Shown: positions 1 through 8,956 of the stretch, in pieces
How positions within the stretch are numbered: position 1 is the first letter of the stretch
Layout: every line of letters begins with the position of its first letter
Source: a virus
Strand: one strand, 5' to 3'
IMG/VR virus record: IMGVR_UViG_3300012953_000014
Location: 64,001 to 128,000 of that record
DNA length: 64,000 bases
Notes under the pieces: generated by a model
What the model was told of the DNA's origin: nothing
Databases searched by the model: none
Seen by the model: only the letters and a program-made list of their open reading frames with translations
Position numbers and translations under genes: made by a program

Positions 1-9
1 ATAAATAGT
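1..9 (-). promoter_or_regulatory. Putative late-promoter box ACTATTTAT (serves a gene left of the window)
   Basis: Same 9-mer as the intergenic copies at 5909, 7246, 10285, 18857 and 22596. Confidence 0.5.
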
Positions 10-39
10 ATCTTATGGCCCGAAAAGACATGTGAATCA

Positions 40-927
40 TTATCTGGGCAATTTTCCATGATTCCAAGGAAGCTCATCGTCCATGATAGTTCTTTCACGC
101 GGTTTTTTGACATCAACTGCCGTTTCGCGAATAACAACTTTTGGTGACTCTTGGTTTTTGTCTCCACCAACAAGATGACCAAGAACTTTTAACTGAAAAG
201 AGGTATGGTAGATTCGACTCTCCTCTGCAATCTCCGTTATGGTGTTGTTTTCTGTAAAATCTTGCTGAATAAACAACTCATACTGGTGTTTGTGCTTCTC
301 TATTACCTCATAGTTGATGCCATCTGTTTTTGTTAAAAATGGTTGGATTATTTCATTGATCTGTTGTTGATATTCAGTGCGAATATCGATTGTGTATGTT
401 ACATCAACATAAACTGGCATCGGAATTGAAATTATTTCATAAACTGGCTTGGGATCTAACTTTTTGCTTGGGAAGTTTATACCTTTTTGGCCCGAACCTA
501 CTGTTTTGTTGTCTTTTCTTGCCGAATATGAGTTTTTAAAGCCTGCTGTCTTGTCTTGCTGTATTCTTCTGGCGATTTCAATCGAACCACCCTTGAATTG
601 GTTGACTGGGTTAGCTGCTTTGGGATCTATGTTGCCGTAAAACATGCCTTTACGTGCAGGATCCTTTACCATACCATCACGTTTTAAAGTGATCATTGGA
701 AATATCAAAGCTCCATTGTCATCTCTCAGATCTTTGTTGCTTTTAACCTGATGCGCACGCTCTCCAGCTACCCACAAGACAGGAACTTTTTTAAATCCTT
801 TGTTTGTTGTGCAAAAGACATCCATTTCTTTGTTCAGCCAGTCGTATGTGGCAAAGTCTATTGTCTCAATTGTTGAAGGGGTAAACGGAAGAATCGTCCG
901 TATCTCGCCTTTATCATCATTCGCCAT
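40..927 (-). CDS. Tail terminator / sheath-stabilizer protein (T4 gp15-like)
   Basis: IPMPVYVDVTYTIDIRTEYQQQINEIIQPF resembles the gp15 PVPYxxxFELxIxT..DxxQIxEQILP segment; follows gp13/gp14-like genes; ATG at 927 after an AGAGGGG RBS. Confidence 0.65.
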   Translation of the reverse strand: MANDDKGEIRTILPFTPSTIETIDFATYDWLNKEMDVFCTTNKGFKKVPVLWVAGERAHQVKSNKDLRDDNGALIFPMITLKRDGMVKDPARKGMFYGNIDPKAANPVNQFKGGSIEIARRIQQDKTAGFKNSYSARKDNKTVGSGQKGINFPSKKLDPKPVYEIISIPMPVYVDVTYTIDIRTEYQQQINEIIQPFLTKTDGINYEVIEKHKHQYELFIQQDFTENNTITEIAEESRIYHTSFQLKVLGHLVGGDKNQESPKVVIRETAVDVKKPRERTIMDDELPWNHGKLPR

Positions 928-1408
928 CAAACAACCCCTCTCTGGCCCTGTAACACTGAGCCGAAGTTTCTATTTTATGTTCTGTGCGTCCAAAGATTTC
1001 TCTTGGTTGGCTCAAACTTAAAATTTCATAGTAACTATCGCCGTAGAGGAGGAAATCACCCTCTCGGACGTATAGATTTTGGTCCTCTGTCAACCTTCTA
1101 TCATGAAAATGAACAGTTATTGAGGCCAAAACATCAAGACCAAATGTGCTTTGGGCTGTGGTTTCGATTCCGCCGTGCTCCACAAGTGCATAAACCCTAA
1201 TAGGTGGAAGCCAAGTTTTTTTGATTGCTTCTCCGTATAGTTGGTGATAGTTGGTGTGCTCCATGCTTATTGGATAATAAATAACACTTTGGCCGATGAC
1301 CCTTTCTATCAACTCATCGTTTACTTGTTTTACTAGATCTCTTTCTTTTTGCCCAGTAAAGAGAGGTGGAGGAGGAGCGTCCGGTCGATTCCATTTATTG
1401 TTTGCCAT
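917..1408 (-). CDS. Neck / head-closure protein (T4 gp14-like)
   Basis: ERDLVKQVNDELIE..GQSVIYY, LYGE and REGDFL..YYEI pattern; synteny with gp13. Confidence 0.7.
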   Translation of the reverse strand: MANNKWNRPDAPPPPLFTGQKERDLVKQVNDELIERVIGQSVIYYPISMEHTNYHQLYGEAIKKTWLPPIRVYALVEHGGIETTAQSTFGLDVLASITVHFHDRRLTEDQNLYVREGDFLLYGDSYYEILSLSQPREIFGRTEHKIETSAQCYRAREGLFDGE

Positions 1409-1420
1409 TTATTCTCCTCC

Positions 1421-2737
1421 TTATCCTACGATTATATTCAGTGGAACTCCGATCTGTATTCTGTTTGAAGCATCAACAGTGTCTGCATCTTTACTTGCCA
1501 AGGATGAATATGTCAACTCATCAAGAAGTGTCTTTAGATCTTCCTTAAGCGCGGATTGTTCATCTTTTGCCTGAGACATGAGTTCTGAAGCATTTAATGT
1601 GATATCGTTGCCCGGTATTGGTATTGATCCGAATTTTCCACGCACTTGAGCTAGCATCTCTTTTGAAACAGCTAGGGCGTACTTTCGAATCCATTGTTTG
1701 CCCATGCTATTTATATTTTGGTATGGTATGTTCGCAAATGGTAAAGTGTTATAGTTGTTTACTCCATTAACACCATCTTTGCGATCAGAACTTCCGGTTG
1801 AATAAGAGTCTGTTCTAACAGCAAACTCAAACCAAATTTTTGTTGGAGCACCTGTTCCTGGCTCTGCTGGTGGTGGATATACTCTGATTCTGTTATCTCT
1901 TATCTCATATGAATAATGAGAAGCCCGAGTATAAATATTTGTCTCATATGCCATGGCCTGGGCCTTGTTTTGCCATGTTGGTACCAACTCAAAGGTCGAA
2001 TCATCAGAGTATTGACCATAACTTTGCAGGTTCCCTACAACATTCAATCCTCCATAATATGCATAAAATCTCCACATAGCTCGTGGAGATCTATAATAAA
2101 CTCTTTTTATTTCAATTCTTTTATTATCAACTTTGTTTGCGAAGTCTTGGCCCATCTCTGAGCCGTCCGTTGAAGCATCTTGCACAACCTCTTGCAGATC
2201 ATAATCTTGCTTATCATTAATAAGAGTGATTGATGCTGAATAGATTCGTGCGTCTCCCATGGCCGCTTCAGTTGATAAACCGCTTGCGACTCGCTTACTT
2301 GCTTCGAATGTAAACTTAGGATATTTTAATGAGGCTTGGGTTCCCAATAAACTGGAAGATAACTCACCAGACTTTAAAATACCATCTTGGTCAAAGGTAC
2401 CAGTTGGTGAGCCAAGAAAGTCTGATAAGACATTTTTTGCCTGATGGCTGTTGATTATATAACAGTATTCTAGTGTCGCTATTTCATAAGAAGAATATAC
2501 ATTATTTTCTGTTATCTCAACATCAAGTACGTCACCACCGAGCATCTTGTAGGTAAAAGATACTTGATCAACTGCTCCCGAAATCCAACCCACAGAGTAC
2601 AAAGCACTTCCGGTATTCGCATACAATCCATACGGTAATGATGACGAAGGTGGGAAATTTCCACTAGCATGTGTGCCTGTTACTGGCAATATAATGGAGC
2701 TAGTGACGCTTTGTGGGGTTAGGTTTGGTGCAGCCAT
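1421..2737 (-). CDS. Neck / head-tail adaptor protein (T4 gp13-like)
   Basis: LGGDVLDVEITE near N-terminus; C-terminal WIRKYALAVSKEMLAQVRGKFGSIPIPGNDITLNA is typical of gp13. Confidence 0.8.
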   Translation of the reverse strand: MAAPNLTPQSVTSSIILPVTGTHASGNFPPSSSLPYGLYANTGSALYSVGWISGAVDQVSFTYKMLGGDVLDVEITENNVYSSYEIATLEYCYIINSHQAKNVLSDFLGSPTGTFDQDGILKSGELSSSLLGTQASLKYPKFTFEASKRVASGLSTEAAMGDARIYSASITLINDKQDYDLQEVVQDASTDGSEMGQDFANKVDNKRIEIKRVYYRSPRAMWRFYAYYGGLNVVGNLQSYGQYSDDSTFELVPTWQNKAQAMAYETNIYTRASHYSYEIRDNRIRVYPPPAEPGTGAPTKIWFEFAVRTDSYSTGSSDRKDGVNGVNNYNTLPFANIPYQNINSMGKQWIRKYALAVSKEMLAQVRGKFGSIPIPGNDITLNASELMSQAKDEQSALKEDLKTLLDELTYSSLASKDADTVDASNRIQIGVPLNIIVG

Positions 2738-2755
2738 GTTTTGTTCTCCTATATC

Positions 2756-2764
2756 TTAAGTAGT
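2756..2764 (-). promoter_or_regulatory. Putative late-promoter box (ACTACTTAA)
   Basis: Variant of CTAnTTA located just after the MCP terminator and before the gp13 RBS. Confidence 0.5.
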
Positions 2765-2782
2765 TAAATGGGGCTTTAAATG

Positions 2783-2823
2783 AAAAAGAAAACCCCACCT
2801 CTCATAAGAAAGATGGGGCTTCT
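2783..2823 (-). terminator. Rho-independent terminator after the major capsid gene
   Basis: AGAAGCCCCATCTTTC-TTAT-GAGAGGTGGGGTTTTCT hairpin followed by a T run on the minus strand. Confidence 0.85.
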
Positions 2824-2851
2824 ATGTTTTAAAGAATGTTAACTAATCAGA

Positions 2852-4672
2852 TTAGCCGAGCATATCTTCGATGATAACAAGACCATACATGTCAGAACGA
2901 ACCATCTTCTTACCGTATCGAGTCATAACACCCTTTCTTGGGGTGAAGTCATCGACACCGAAAATGGTAGGAGTAACTTGTAGTGGCACATAAGGTGCGT
3001 ATACGTAGCCACTCTCAAGGAAGCTACCGCCCTTGCGACCAACTAGGATTACGTTACGTGGGAAATATGGGTCAACATAAACGTCCCACTTCTTGCTAAT
3101 AGCACCAACTTTGACTGCACCAGCAGTTCCGCGAGCTTCGTCAGCGGTTGTGTCAGCACGGAATCCAGCGGTGAACTCAAGGATGTTAGCAGCCTCTGGG
3201 CCACAAACCAAGAAGTTCGCTCCGCCACGCAAAGTTTTGCGGTGGATGTTAGCAGAAACATCGTTAACTGTCTCAAGAAGAGTCTCATACCATTCTGATA
3301 CTGTACCAGTAAAATCAGGTAGGACTGTAGCTCCTGGTTGTCCGAGGATTTGCTTGCCAGTATCTTTGATGACAAACTTACCTGGGCGACGTGACCAGTA
3401 GTATGTTCCAGCACTAGAATCCTTAACAAGATCTTCAAGAATCTCTTGGTCAATTTCAAGAGCAATATGCTCAGAAAGAATACCAGTCAATTCTACCTCT
3501 GCATCCAAGTTGTGGTATGCATTGATATCTTGCTGTAGTTCTGGTGTCCATTTAGCCTTCAACTTCTTGGTCATTGCAGTGATTGATACACTGTCAACCT
3601 TGATGTCGATTTCTGGAATGTTGCCAGAGTTTTCTAGGTTCCACATAGTAGCACCGACAACACCACCGGTAGAATCAGCAGCATTAAAGTTGTCTTTGAT
3701 TGCATAAGTTAACTTACGGGTTGAGCCAGCCGCTTTTCCAGCAGTACCAAGTGTGGCACGAGTTGTAACAGTGTGGCCATTTTCCGCATCTTGATCACAA
3801 AGAGCAGAAGGTTTAACTGCACCGTCAACGCTAGCAAATACAAGATAGAAATGAGTTTTCGCATCTCCAGCTTGTCGCTTACCACGATGACTACCAGACC
3901 ACTGTGTCAAACGACGTACTTGAGTACCAGTAAGCTCAGCGGCAGAACCTGTGTAAGTAACAGTAATAGAAACTAGGTCAGATTCATTAAGTTGTGATGT
4001 AAGTGAAGAAGAAACCTTCAAAACACCAACAGTGGTTGTACCAGAAATAAAGTCTGGGTCATATCGCAAAAGGCTGTCAAGTGCGAAACCTTCGTCAGCA
4101 CCTTGGGCAACTTCACCAGCAGGGAATGCTGAACCGGTTCCACCAAAAGTACCAGATGCAAATTGAACAGGTGTACACTCAACTGATCCAGTTGGGGAAG
4201 AGTAACCATTATTCAAAGAATAAAAGCTGTCTTCGCTTGAATCAAGATCAGAAAGGTTAACACCACCAGTGATTTGGCTACCAACAGCTCCACCACCGTA
4301 TACTGACTCGCCAGCTTCTGCTCCGAGTCGTCGAGAGTTGGTCTTAAAGTCTAGGAAGAAAATAAGGCCAGATGGCAAACTCATTGGTTGAACAGAAACA
4401 AGTTCATTTGCGATAAGTCCACCAAATACTCGGCGAACGATTGGGAATGCAACAGCAGCGAAACCTTCGACATCGCCAGCCATCATTGTAGAAGCTTCAC
4501 GAAGAAGCTCTTTTGCTTGGTTTTCAAGAAGACAAGCCATGTTATTACGTGACCAGTCGTTTTGAATACCTTCAAGAAGTCCAGTCTTTTCCCATTTGTT
4601 GAGAAGAGCTTGACCTTCTTTTTGGACATCACGTTTCATGACGCCCTCAGTTAGTTTTTCAATAATACTCAT
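2852..4672 (-). CDS. Major capsid protein (T4 gp23-like)
   Basis: VRRVFGGLIANELVSVQPMSLPSGLIF, KLKAKWTPELQQDINAYHNLDAEVEL, GYVYAPYVPL, FTPRKGVMTRY. Confidence 0.95.
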   Translation of the reverse strand: MSIIEKLTEGVMKRDVQKEGQALLNKWEKTGLLEGIQNDWSRNNMACLLENQAKELLREASTMMAGDVEGFAAVAFPIVRRVFGGLIANELVSVQPMSLPSGLIFFLDFKTNSRRLGAEAGESVYGGGAVGSQITGGVNLSDLDSSEDSFYSLNNGYSSPTGSVECTPVQFASGTFGGTGSAFPAGEVAQGADEGFALDSLLRYDPDFISGTTTVGVLKVSSSLTSQLNESDLVSITVTYTGSAAELTGTQVRRLTQWSGSHRGKRQAGDAKTHFYLVFASVDGAVKPSALCDQDAENGHTVTTRATLGTAGKAAGSTRKLTYAIKDNFNAADSTGGVVGATMWNLENSGNIPEIDIKVDSVSITAMTKKLKAKWTPELQQDINAYHNLDAEVELTGILSEHIALEIDQEILEDLVKDSSAGTYYWSRRPGKFVIKDTGKQILGQPGATVLPDFTGTVSEWYETLLETVNDVSANIHRKTLRGGANFLVCGPEAANILEFTAGFRADTTADEARGTAGAVKVGAISKKWDVYVDPYFPRNVILVGRKGGSFLESGYVYAPYVPLQVTPTIFGVDDFTPRKGVMTRYGKKMVRSDMYGLVIIEDMLG

Positions 4673-4695
4673 TGTATTAAATCTCCTTAAATATT

Positions 4696-5877
4696 TTAAA
4701 TAATTCCAGCAAGCTTCTTCATTCTCGCGGCTGCGGAAGTGCCAGCTTGCGCTTCTTTTTTGTTAGATTTCAAAACAAGCCTGCTATTTTTGCTCACAGC
4801 CTCACTTAAGTTCTTAGGTGCTTCTTGCGCCTTAGAGGTAAGTGATTCTTGTAAAGTTTCAAAAATAACTTTAGCTTCTTCAGGTGAATTCGCGTTTGAA
4901 ACCGCTTCGACAAGTTTAAATTTTTGTCGCTCATTCAAGGAGGAGGATTCCAGAATACGATTCTGATATACCAACTTAGCGTTGGTTGTATTAAGTTCAG
5001 TTAGTTTTTCACTAACTTGACGGGCAAGACTTTTAAGCTCACTGTGCTCTGCTACAAGACTATTCTTTTCAGTCTTGAGAGATTTTACTTGCTCTTCTAA
5101 ATTTGCGATTTTTTTAACGGCTTCTTCAAATTCTTCGTTCTGCTCTTTCATTTCGGTATCTTCGTCAGCAGCTGCTGCAACTTCTACAGCTCGAACTTGT
5201 TCGCCTTCTGTTGGGTGCGTTGTTCCGATTGCACCTCTTGGTTGGTTTTTTAAATCAACAGTTAAGGCTTCGGTGTTTAAAATTTCTTCGATGGCAGCTT
5301 TGAGAGTTTCTTCGTCGAGTTCTAACTCTTCTTCAACTTTATCTTCTTTATCGTCATTCGCCATTGATTTTTCGATAGCGGCACCGCGCTTCTTTTCATA
5401 GCTAGACAACTTTCCGTCATCATCTAAGTCGGCTTTGTCAGGATTCTTGAGTTTTTCTTCAATGGTATCATCCTCATCTTCTGTTAAAAGGGACAATAAG
5501 TCTTCTTCTGTAGACTCAAACATCATTTCATCACCCATTGGCATTTCTTCTGCCTCATCAGACTGCGCTAGGGCAATCAGCTCTGGTAGATCGATCTCGA
5601 TCTCCTCTTCTTCATCTGGACATGGACATGCTTTTTCGCCATCCATCGCCTTCATTGGAAGTTCATCTACAATCTCGTCTCGATCGACAGATGCATCGGC
5701 GTCCATTGCCATTTCTTCACCAGCAAATGGATCGTCGTCTTGCTCTAAAAGAGCATCAACAGCCTCTTTAATTTCGCTCGAATATTTTGCGATGACTTCT
5801 TGTTCTGCATTTTTGATTGCAGCTTCTTTTAAATTTTGTGCGTCGATGACCGCCTGTTCTAACATTGATGATGACAT
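4696..5877 (-). CDS. Prohead core / scaffolding protein (gp22-like)
   Basis: Acidic coiled coil directly upstream of MCP; many [LI]xE sites; C-terminal RMKKLAGII. Confidence 0.8.
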   Translation of the reverse strand: MSSSMLEQAVIDAQNLKEAAIKNAEQEVIAKYSSEIKEAVDALLEQDDDPFAGEEMAMDADASVDRDEIVDELPMKAMDGEKACPCPDEEEEIEIDLPELIALAQSDEAEEMPMGDEMMFESTEEDLLSLLTEDEDDTIEEKLKNPDKADLDDDGKLSSYEKKRGAAIEKSMANDDKEDKVEEELELDEETLKAAIEEILNTEALTVDLKNQPRGAIGTTHPTEGEQVRAVEVAAAADEDTEMKEQNEEFEEAVKKIANLEEQVKSLKTEKNSLVAEHSELKSLARQVSEKLTELNTTNAKLVYQNRILESSSLNERQKFKLVEAVSNANSPEEAKVIFETLQESLTSKAQEAPKNLSEAVSKNSRLVLKSNKKEAQAGTSAAARMKKLAGII

Positions 5878-5908
5878 CATAATCTCCTAATAATAGTTTT
5901 TGTCCTAG

Positions 5909-5917
5909 ATAAATAGT
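5909..5917 (-). promoter_or_regulatory. Putative late-promoter box ACTATTTAT
   Basis: Recurrent motif upstream of the scaffold-MCP unit. Confidence 0.6.
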
Positions 5918-5974
5918 CTTGAAAAGACTAAAGTGCTATAAAATGTACCCATTTGAGGTATGATGGGCTATTGT

Positions 5975-6385
5975 CTAACCAACTCCAAGCGACCCAGACC
6001 AGTTATTGATGATAGACCCGGTTGGTATGTTTGTTAATCCGGCAACGATATCAAACGGTATAGTAGCACTTGCTGGTCTTTTATAATAAAGTTTGGTTAC
6101 TTTTAAATAAAAAATATTGCCTGCACCCTCATTTATAACATTTGAAGATAAAGATTGAAAATAATTGTTTGTATCCATACCGTTTTCAGAAAAAGAAATT
6201 AGTGGGCCGTCCGACGTTCTGTCTGTGCTTAGATTTCTTATGTGAATCCAATTTGTTACGTATGGAAACTCAATAACTCTAACAACGTTATCAGCCGATA
6301 AGCTACCTCTAAAAAATGGCTGTCCTGAAACTTGATATGATCCAACATCACCTAATGCCGGTCGGCCTGGAGTGTAAATTCCCAT
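5975..6385 (-). CDS. Virion protein, paralog 3 of tandem triplet
   Basis: Shares LGxVGSYQVSG, IEFPxVTxWI and AGLTxI..NWSGSxGVG with its two neighbours. Confidence 0.75.
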   Translation of the reverse strand: MGIYTPGRPALGDVGSYQVSGQPFFRGSLSADNVVRVIEFPYVTNWIHIRNLSTDRTSDGPLISFSENGMDTNNYFQSLSSNVINEGAGNIFYLKVTKLYYKRPASATIPFDIVAGLTNIPTGSIINNWSGSLGVG

Positions 6386-6813
6386 TATCCTACTCCCGTG
6401 GATCCAGACCAGTTGTCCAATATTGAACTAGTGTGAATACCAGTTAAACCAGCGAGCACCTCAACATTGTCTGAAGATCCTGTTAAATATAATCTTGTTA
6501 ATTTAAGTTCTAATCGAGGGGTTTGACCATCGCGCAAACCTGGTGCTCCTGTATAGTTGTCATTGACTCTAAAATAGTTGTCATTTTTAAGACCAACTTC
6601 AGAGACTCCTACCTTAATTTGCTTAGAGTTATCGCTTGAATTTCCAAAGTTTTTAACAATAATCCACCTTGTAACATTTGGAAACTCAATAACTAATGGC
6701 GTATCATCTGGTTGGGATGACAAGTCAATACTGGCAGACACGAATGGAACACCAGATACTCGATAAGACCCAACATTTCCTAAGCCGGGTGAATTTGGAT
6801 CATATCCTGGCAC
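6385..6813 (-). CDS. Virion protein, paralog 2 of tandem triplet (GTG start at 6813)
   Basis: Homology to neighbours begins at VPGYDP; the GTG overlaps the upstream TAG (TAGTG); the ORF-track extension to 6903 overlaps paralog 1. Confidence 0.75.
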   Translation of the reverse strand: MPGYDPNSPGLGNVGSYRVSGVPFVSASIDLSSQPDDTPLVIEFPNVTRWIIVKNFGNSSDNSKQIKVGVSEVGLKNDNYFRVNDNYTGAPGLRDGQTPRLELKLTRLYLTGSSDNVEVLAGLTGIHTSSILDNWSGSTGVG

Positions 6814-7229
6814 TAACCAACTCCAAGTGACCCTGACCAGTTGTCGGGAATAGAGCTTGTTTGAATTCCTGTTAAACCTGCAATAACATCGCAGTTTGTG
6901 CAAGCCCCTGTAAGATATAGTCGCGCTGTTTTGAGTTCCAATCGCGCAGTCATAGTGTCGCCATAATCATTTGCATCTCTTGAGACTGTAAAGTAGTTAC
7001 TCCCATTCAATCCAAGATGTGAAAAAGATACTTTAACGTCACCATCTGATGTGGTATCATGATTTGTGACTGTAATCCATCTTGTTACATACGGAAACTC
7101 AATGACCAATGGTGTGTTATCTGGTTGTGACGATAAGTCAATACCGCCTGATGCGAACGGAACACCGGAAACTTGATATGATCCGACATTTCCTAATCCT
7201 GGTGGTCCGTAGTTAAATCTATTTGACAT
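6813..7229 (-). CDS. Virion protein, paralog 1 of tandem triplet
   Basis: PGLGNVGSYQVSGVPF..IDLSSQPDNTPLVIEFP..NWSGSLGVG; own motif box and GAGG RBS. Confidence 0.8.
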   Translation of the reverse strand: MSNRFNYGPPGLGNVGSYQVSGVPFASGGIDLSSQPDNTPLVIEFPYVTRWITVTNHDTTSDGDVKVSFSHLGLNGSNYFTVSRDANDYGDTMTARLELKTARLYLTGACTNCDVIAGLTGIQTSSIPDNWSGSLGVG

Positions 7230-7245
7230 GTTTTACCTCGTTAAT

Positions 7246-7254
7246 ATAAATAGT
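7246..7254 (-). promoter_or_regulatory. Putative late-promoter box ACTATTTAT
   Basis: Recurrent motif upstream of the paralog triplet. Confidence 0.6.
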
Positions 7255-7256
7255 TA

Positions 7257-7463
7257 TTAGCCTTCTCTTTCCCGTTTTTCTTTTTGCTTAACCTTTTCAT
7301 TCTCCGAATCGCGGCGAGCTTGCTCTTCTCTTTTTACTTGAGATGGTTTTTTAAAATATCTCCTATCTAAGAACTCCTCAACTATTTTTTCTTTTTTTGT
7401 TTTTCTTATGAATCTTTTGATAAGGTTTTCAGATGATTCATTTTTTCTGCGTTTGACTTGCAT
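7257..7463 (-). CDS. rpsU: Phage-encoded 30S ribosomal protein bS21
   Basis: MQVKRRKNESSENLIKRFIRKTKKEKIVEEFLDRRYFKKPSQVKR matches the bS21 pattern (V..E..E..L+RF.+.....G+..E...R.++.KPS); ATG at 7463 after AGAGG. Confidence 0.85.
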   Translation of the reverse strand: MQVKRRKNESSENLIKRFIRKTKKEKIVEEFLDRRYFKKPSQVKREEQARRDSENEKVKQKEKREREG

Positions 7464-7471
7464 TTTTCCTC

Positions 7472-7894
7472 TTATTTTAATTGACCCCAAGCGTTGCCAG
7501 CAACGCTTAAGATGCCTGTGATATCAACCCCTGCATCACCTGGATCGCGATCTCTTAATGAGCTGTATTGAGAGTTTTCACCTTGTCGTGATTGGTGCAT
7601 GGGTTGGGTTCCTTCGAAAATTCCCTTTAAACCAGTTGAGTTTTCTAACTTCTTTTTTGATTCTTCAAGGTGTTTTTTAATTTCATTACTTGCACCTAGG
7701 TTTTCTCGAACTCTGTTAAAGTTTTGTTTAGGCTTTGATGATGCCTCTACAATAGTTTGGGTTGTATTTGTATTTCCTAATCCCTTAGCTACTTCTGAAA
7801 TAATACCTGAAAGTGTGCCATCTTCAAAGATGACTTCTTTGATGCATTCTTTAATAAGTGGTTTCAAAAGTTTTTTAAGTTCTGTTTTCTTCAT
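7472..7894 (-). CDS. Hypothetical head-module protein
   Basis: 140 aa; N-terminus MKKTELKKLLKPLIKECIKEVIFE resembles the shared leader. Confidence 0.75.
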   Translation of the reverse strand: MKKTELKKLLKPLIKECIKEVIFEDGTLSGIISEVAKGLGNTNTTQTIVEASSKPKQNFNRVRENLGASNEIKKHLEESKKKLENSTGLKGIFEGTQPMHQSRQGENSQYSSLRDRDPGDAGVDITGILSVAGNAWGQLK

Positions 7895-7896
7895 TG

Positions 7897-8952
7897 TTAC
7901 CTTCTTAACATATTCCTTAGTTGTTTATCAATTTGCAGTTGAGTTTCTGCAATCATCATTGTTTTGACAATTCTTTTTTGATTGTCGTCGATTTGTATAA
8001 CACCTTGCTCACTTAGATTGTATAAGTGGCGGAAGATGGTTTCGCTTTGAAATGCCGGTGTTGGGCCGGATAGCGGGCTTTGGCTTGGATTATATTGAGT
8101 TGTGTTTTTTTGGGGCACATCTTTTTTGTCATCTCGCTTCATATAAAAGACTTTCTCAGGAGTAACTTCAGGGGATAAATATCCACTATCCATCAAATAC
8201 TTGTAAATACTATTTGCTATCCCAGCGATTTTTTCTTTTTTGGCGTTGCCTAGCATACCAATAAGTTGTCCGATTTGCTTTTGAACATCTGAACTGGCTT
8301 GTTCAAGCAACAACCCTTCAACCTTTAGGTTGTTGATTTCTGTTAGTATTTCGTTTTTCATTTCTCTTTTAACAAGAGATGAGATAGATTCTTCGAGTTC
8401 TATGACATTATTTTCATTTAAAAAGTTGACAATTGTGTAAACAAATTTTCTTGATTCAAGATTTTCGTTTTGGAAGTTTATGACTTTGGCTCTTGTCAAG
8501 TCTCTTACTAGTTCGTTTCGGGCTTGACCGGGGGTAAGTTTTCCTGTTTTTAAGTTGATTAGGGTGGTAACAATGTCAACTTGATCTTCTTCTGGTAAAG
8601 TATCGACGGTTTGCTCTGTAGGTTCATCTGGTGAGGTCCCTAGGACTTTGTCGATTGTTCCCGCCTTGTTAAGGGCGGCTTCCAACATATCCAACGCTTT
8701 ATCAACTTCTCCCGATTGAACATTGTCGTCCTTTGCATATTGCACAAGCAGTTTGTATATACCTGCGATCCTTTGCAGTTCGCCTTTTTGGACACCTTGG
8801 AAGTCTTCTGGTTCTGACTTCTTTAGATCTTTCAAAAAATCTGAAGCTTTAATTGCTTTTAGCCTTTGGAGCCACCCTCTAATATCTATTTCGCTTAAGG
8901 ATTCAGCCTCTTCTTGTATCAGGCTTTCAAGGTTTTGTTTTGAAAGTTTCAT
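7897..8952 (-). CDS. Putative internal head protein with shared leader
   Basis: MKLSKQNLESLIQEEAESLSE; further LxE sites (ILTE, LLLE, LSE). Confidence 0.7.
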   Translation of the reverse strand: MKLSKQNLESLIQEEAESLSEIDIRGWLQRLKAIKASDFLKDLKKSEPEDFQGVQKGELQRIAGIYKLLVQYAKDDNVQSGEVDKALDMLEAALNKAGTIDKVLGTSPDEPTEQTVDTLPEEDQVDIVTTLINLKTGKLTPGQARNELVRDLTRAKVINFQNENLESRKFVYTIVNFLNENNVIELEESISSLVKREMKNEILTEINNLKVEGLLLEQASSDVQKQIGQLIGMLGNAKKEKIAGIANSIYKYLMDSGYLSPEVTPEKVFYMKRDDKKDVPQKNTTQYNPSQSPLSGPTPAFQSETIFRHLYNLSEQGVIQIDDNQKRIVKTMMIAETQLQIDKQLRNMLRR

Positions 8953-8956
8953 AAAT

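Noticed and set aside
907-5364. MANDDK appears at the gp15-like start and inside the scaffold
   Set aside because: Six residues only, with no flanking similarity; treated as coincidence.
5946-5970. CCCAT...ATGGG hairpin after the paralog triplet as a terminator
   Set aside because: Short stem, large loop and weak U-tract.
6814-6903. ORF-track N-terminal extensions (also 7464-7490, 12071-12100, 17738-17758, 32788-32877, 62121-62150)
   Set aside because: They overlap upstream genes; RBS position, coupling or paralog alignment supports the later starts.
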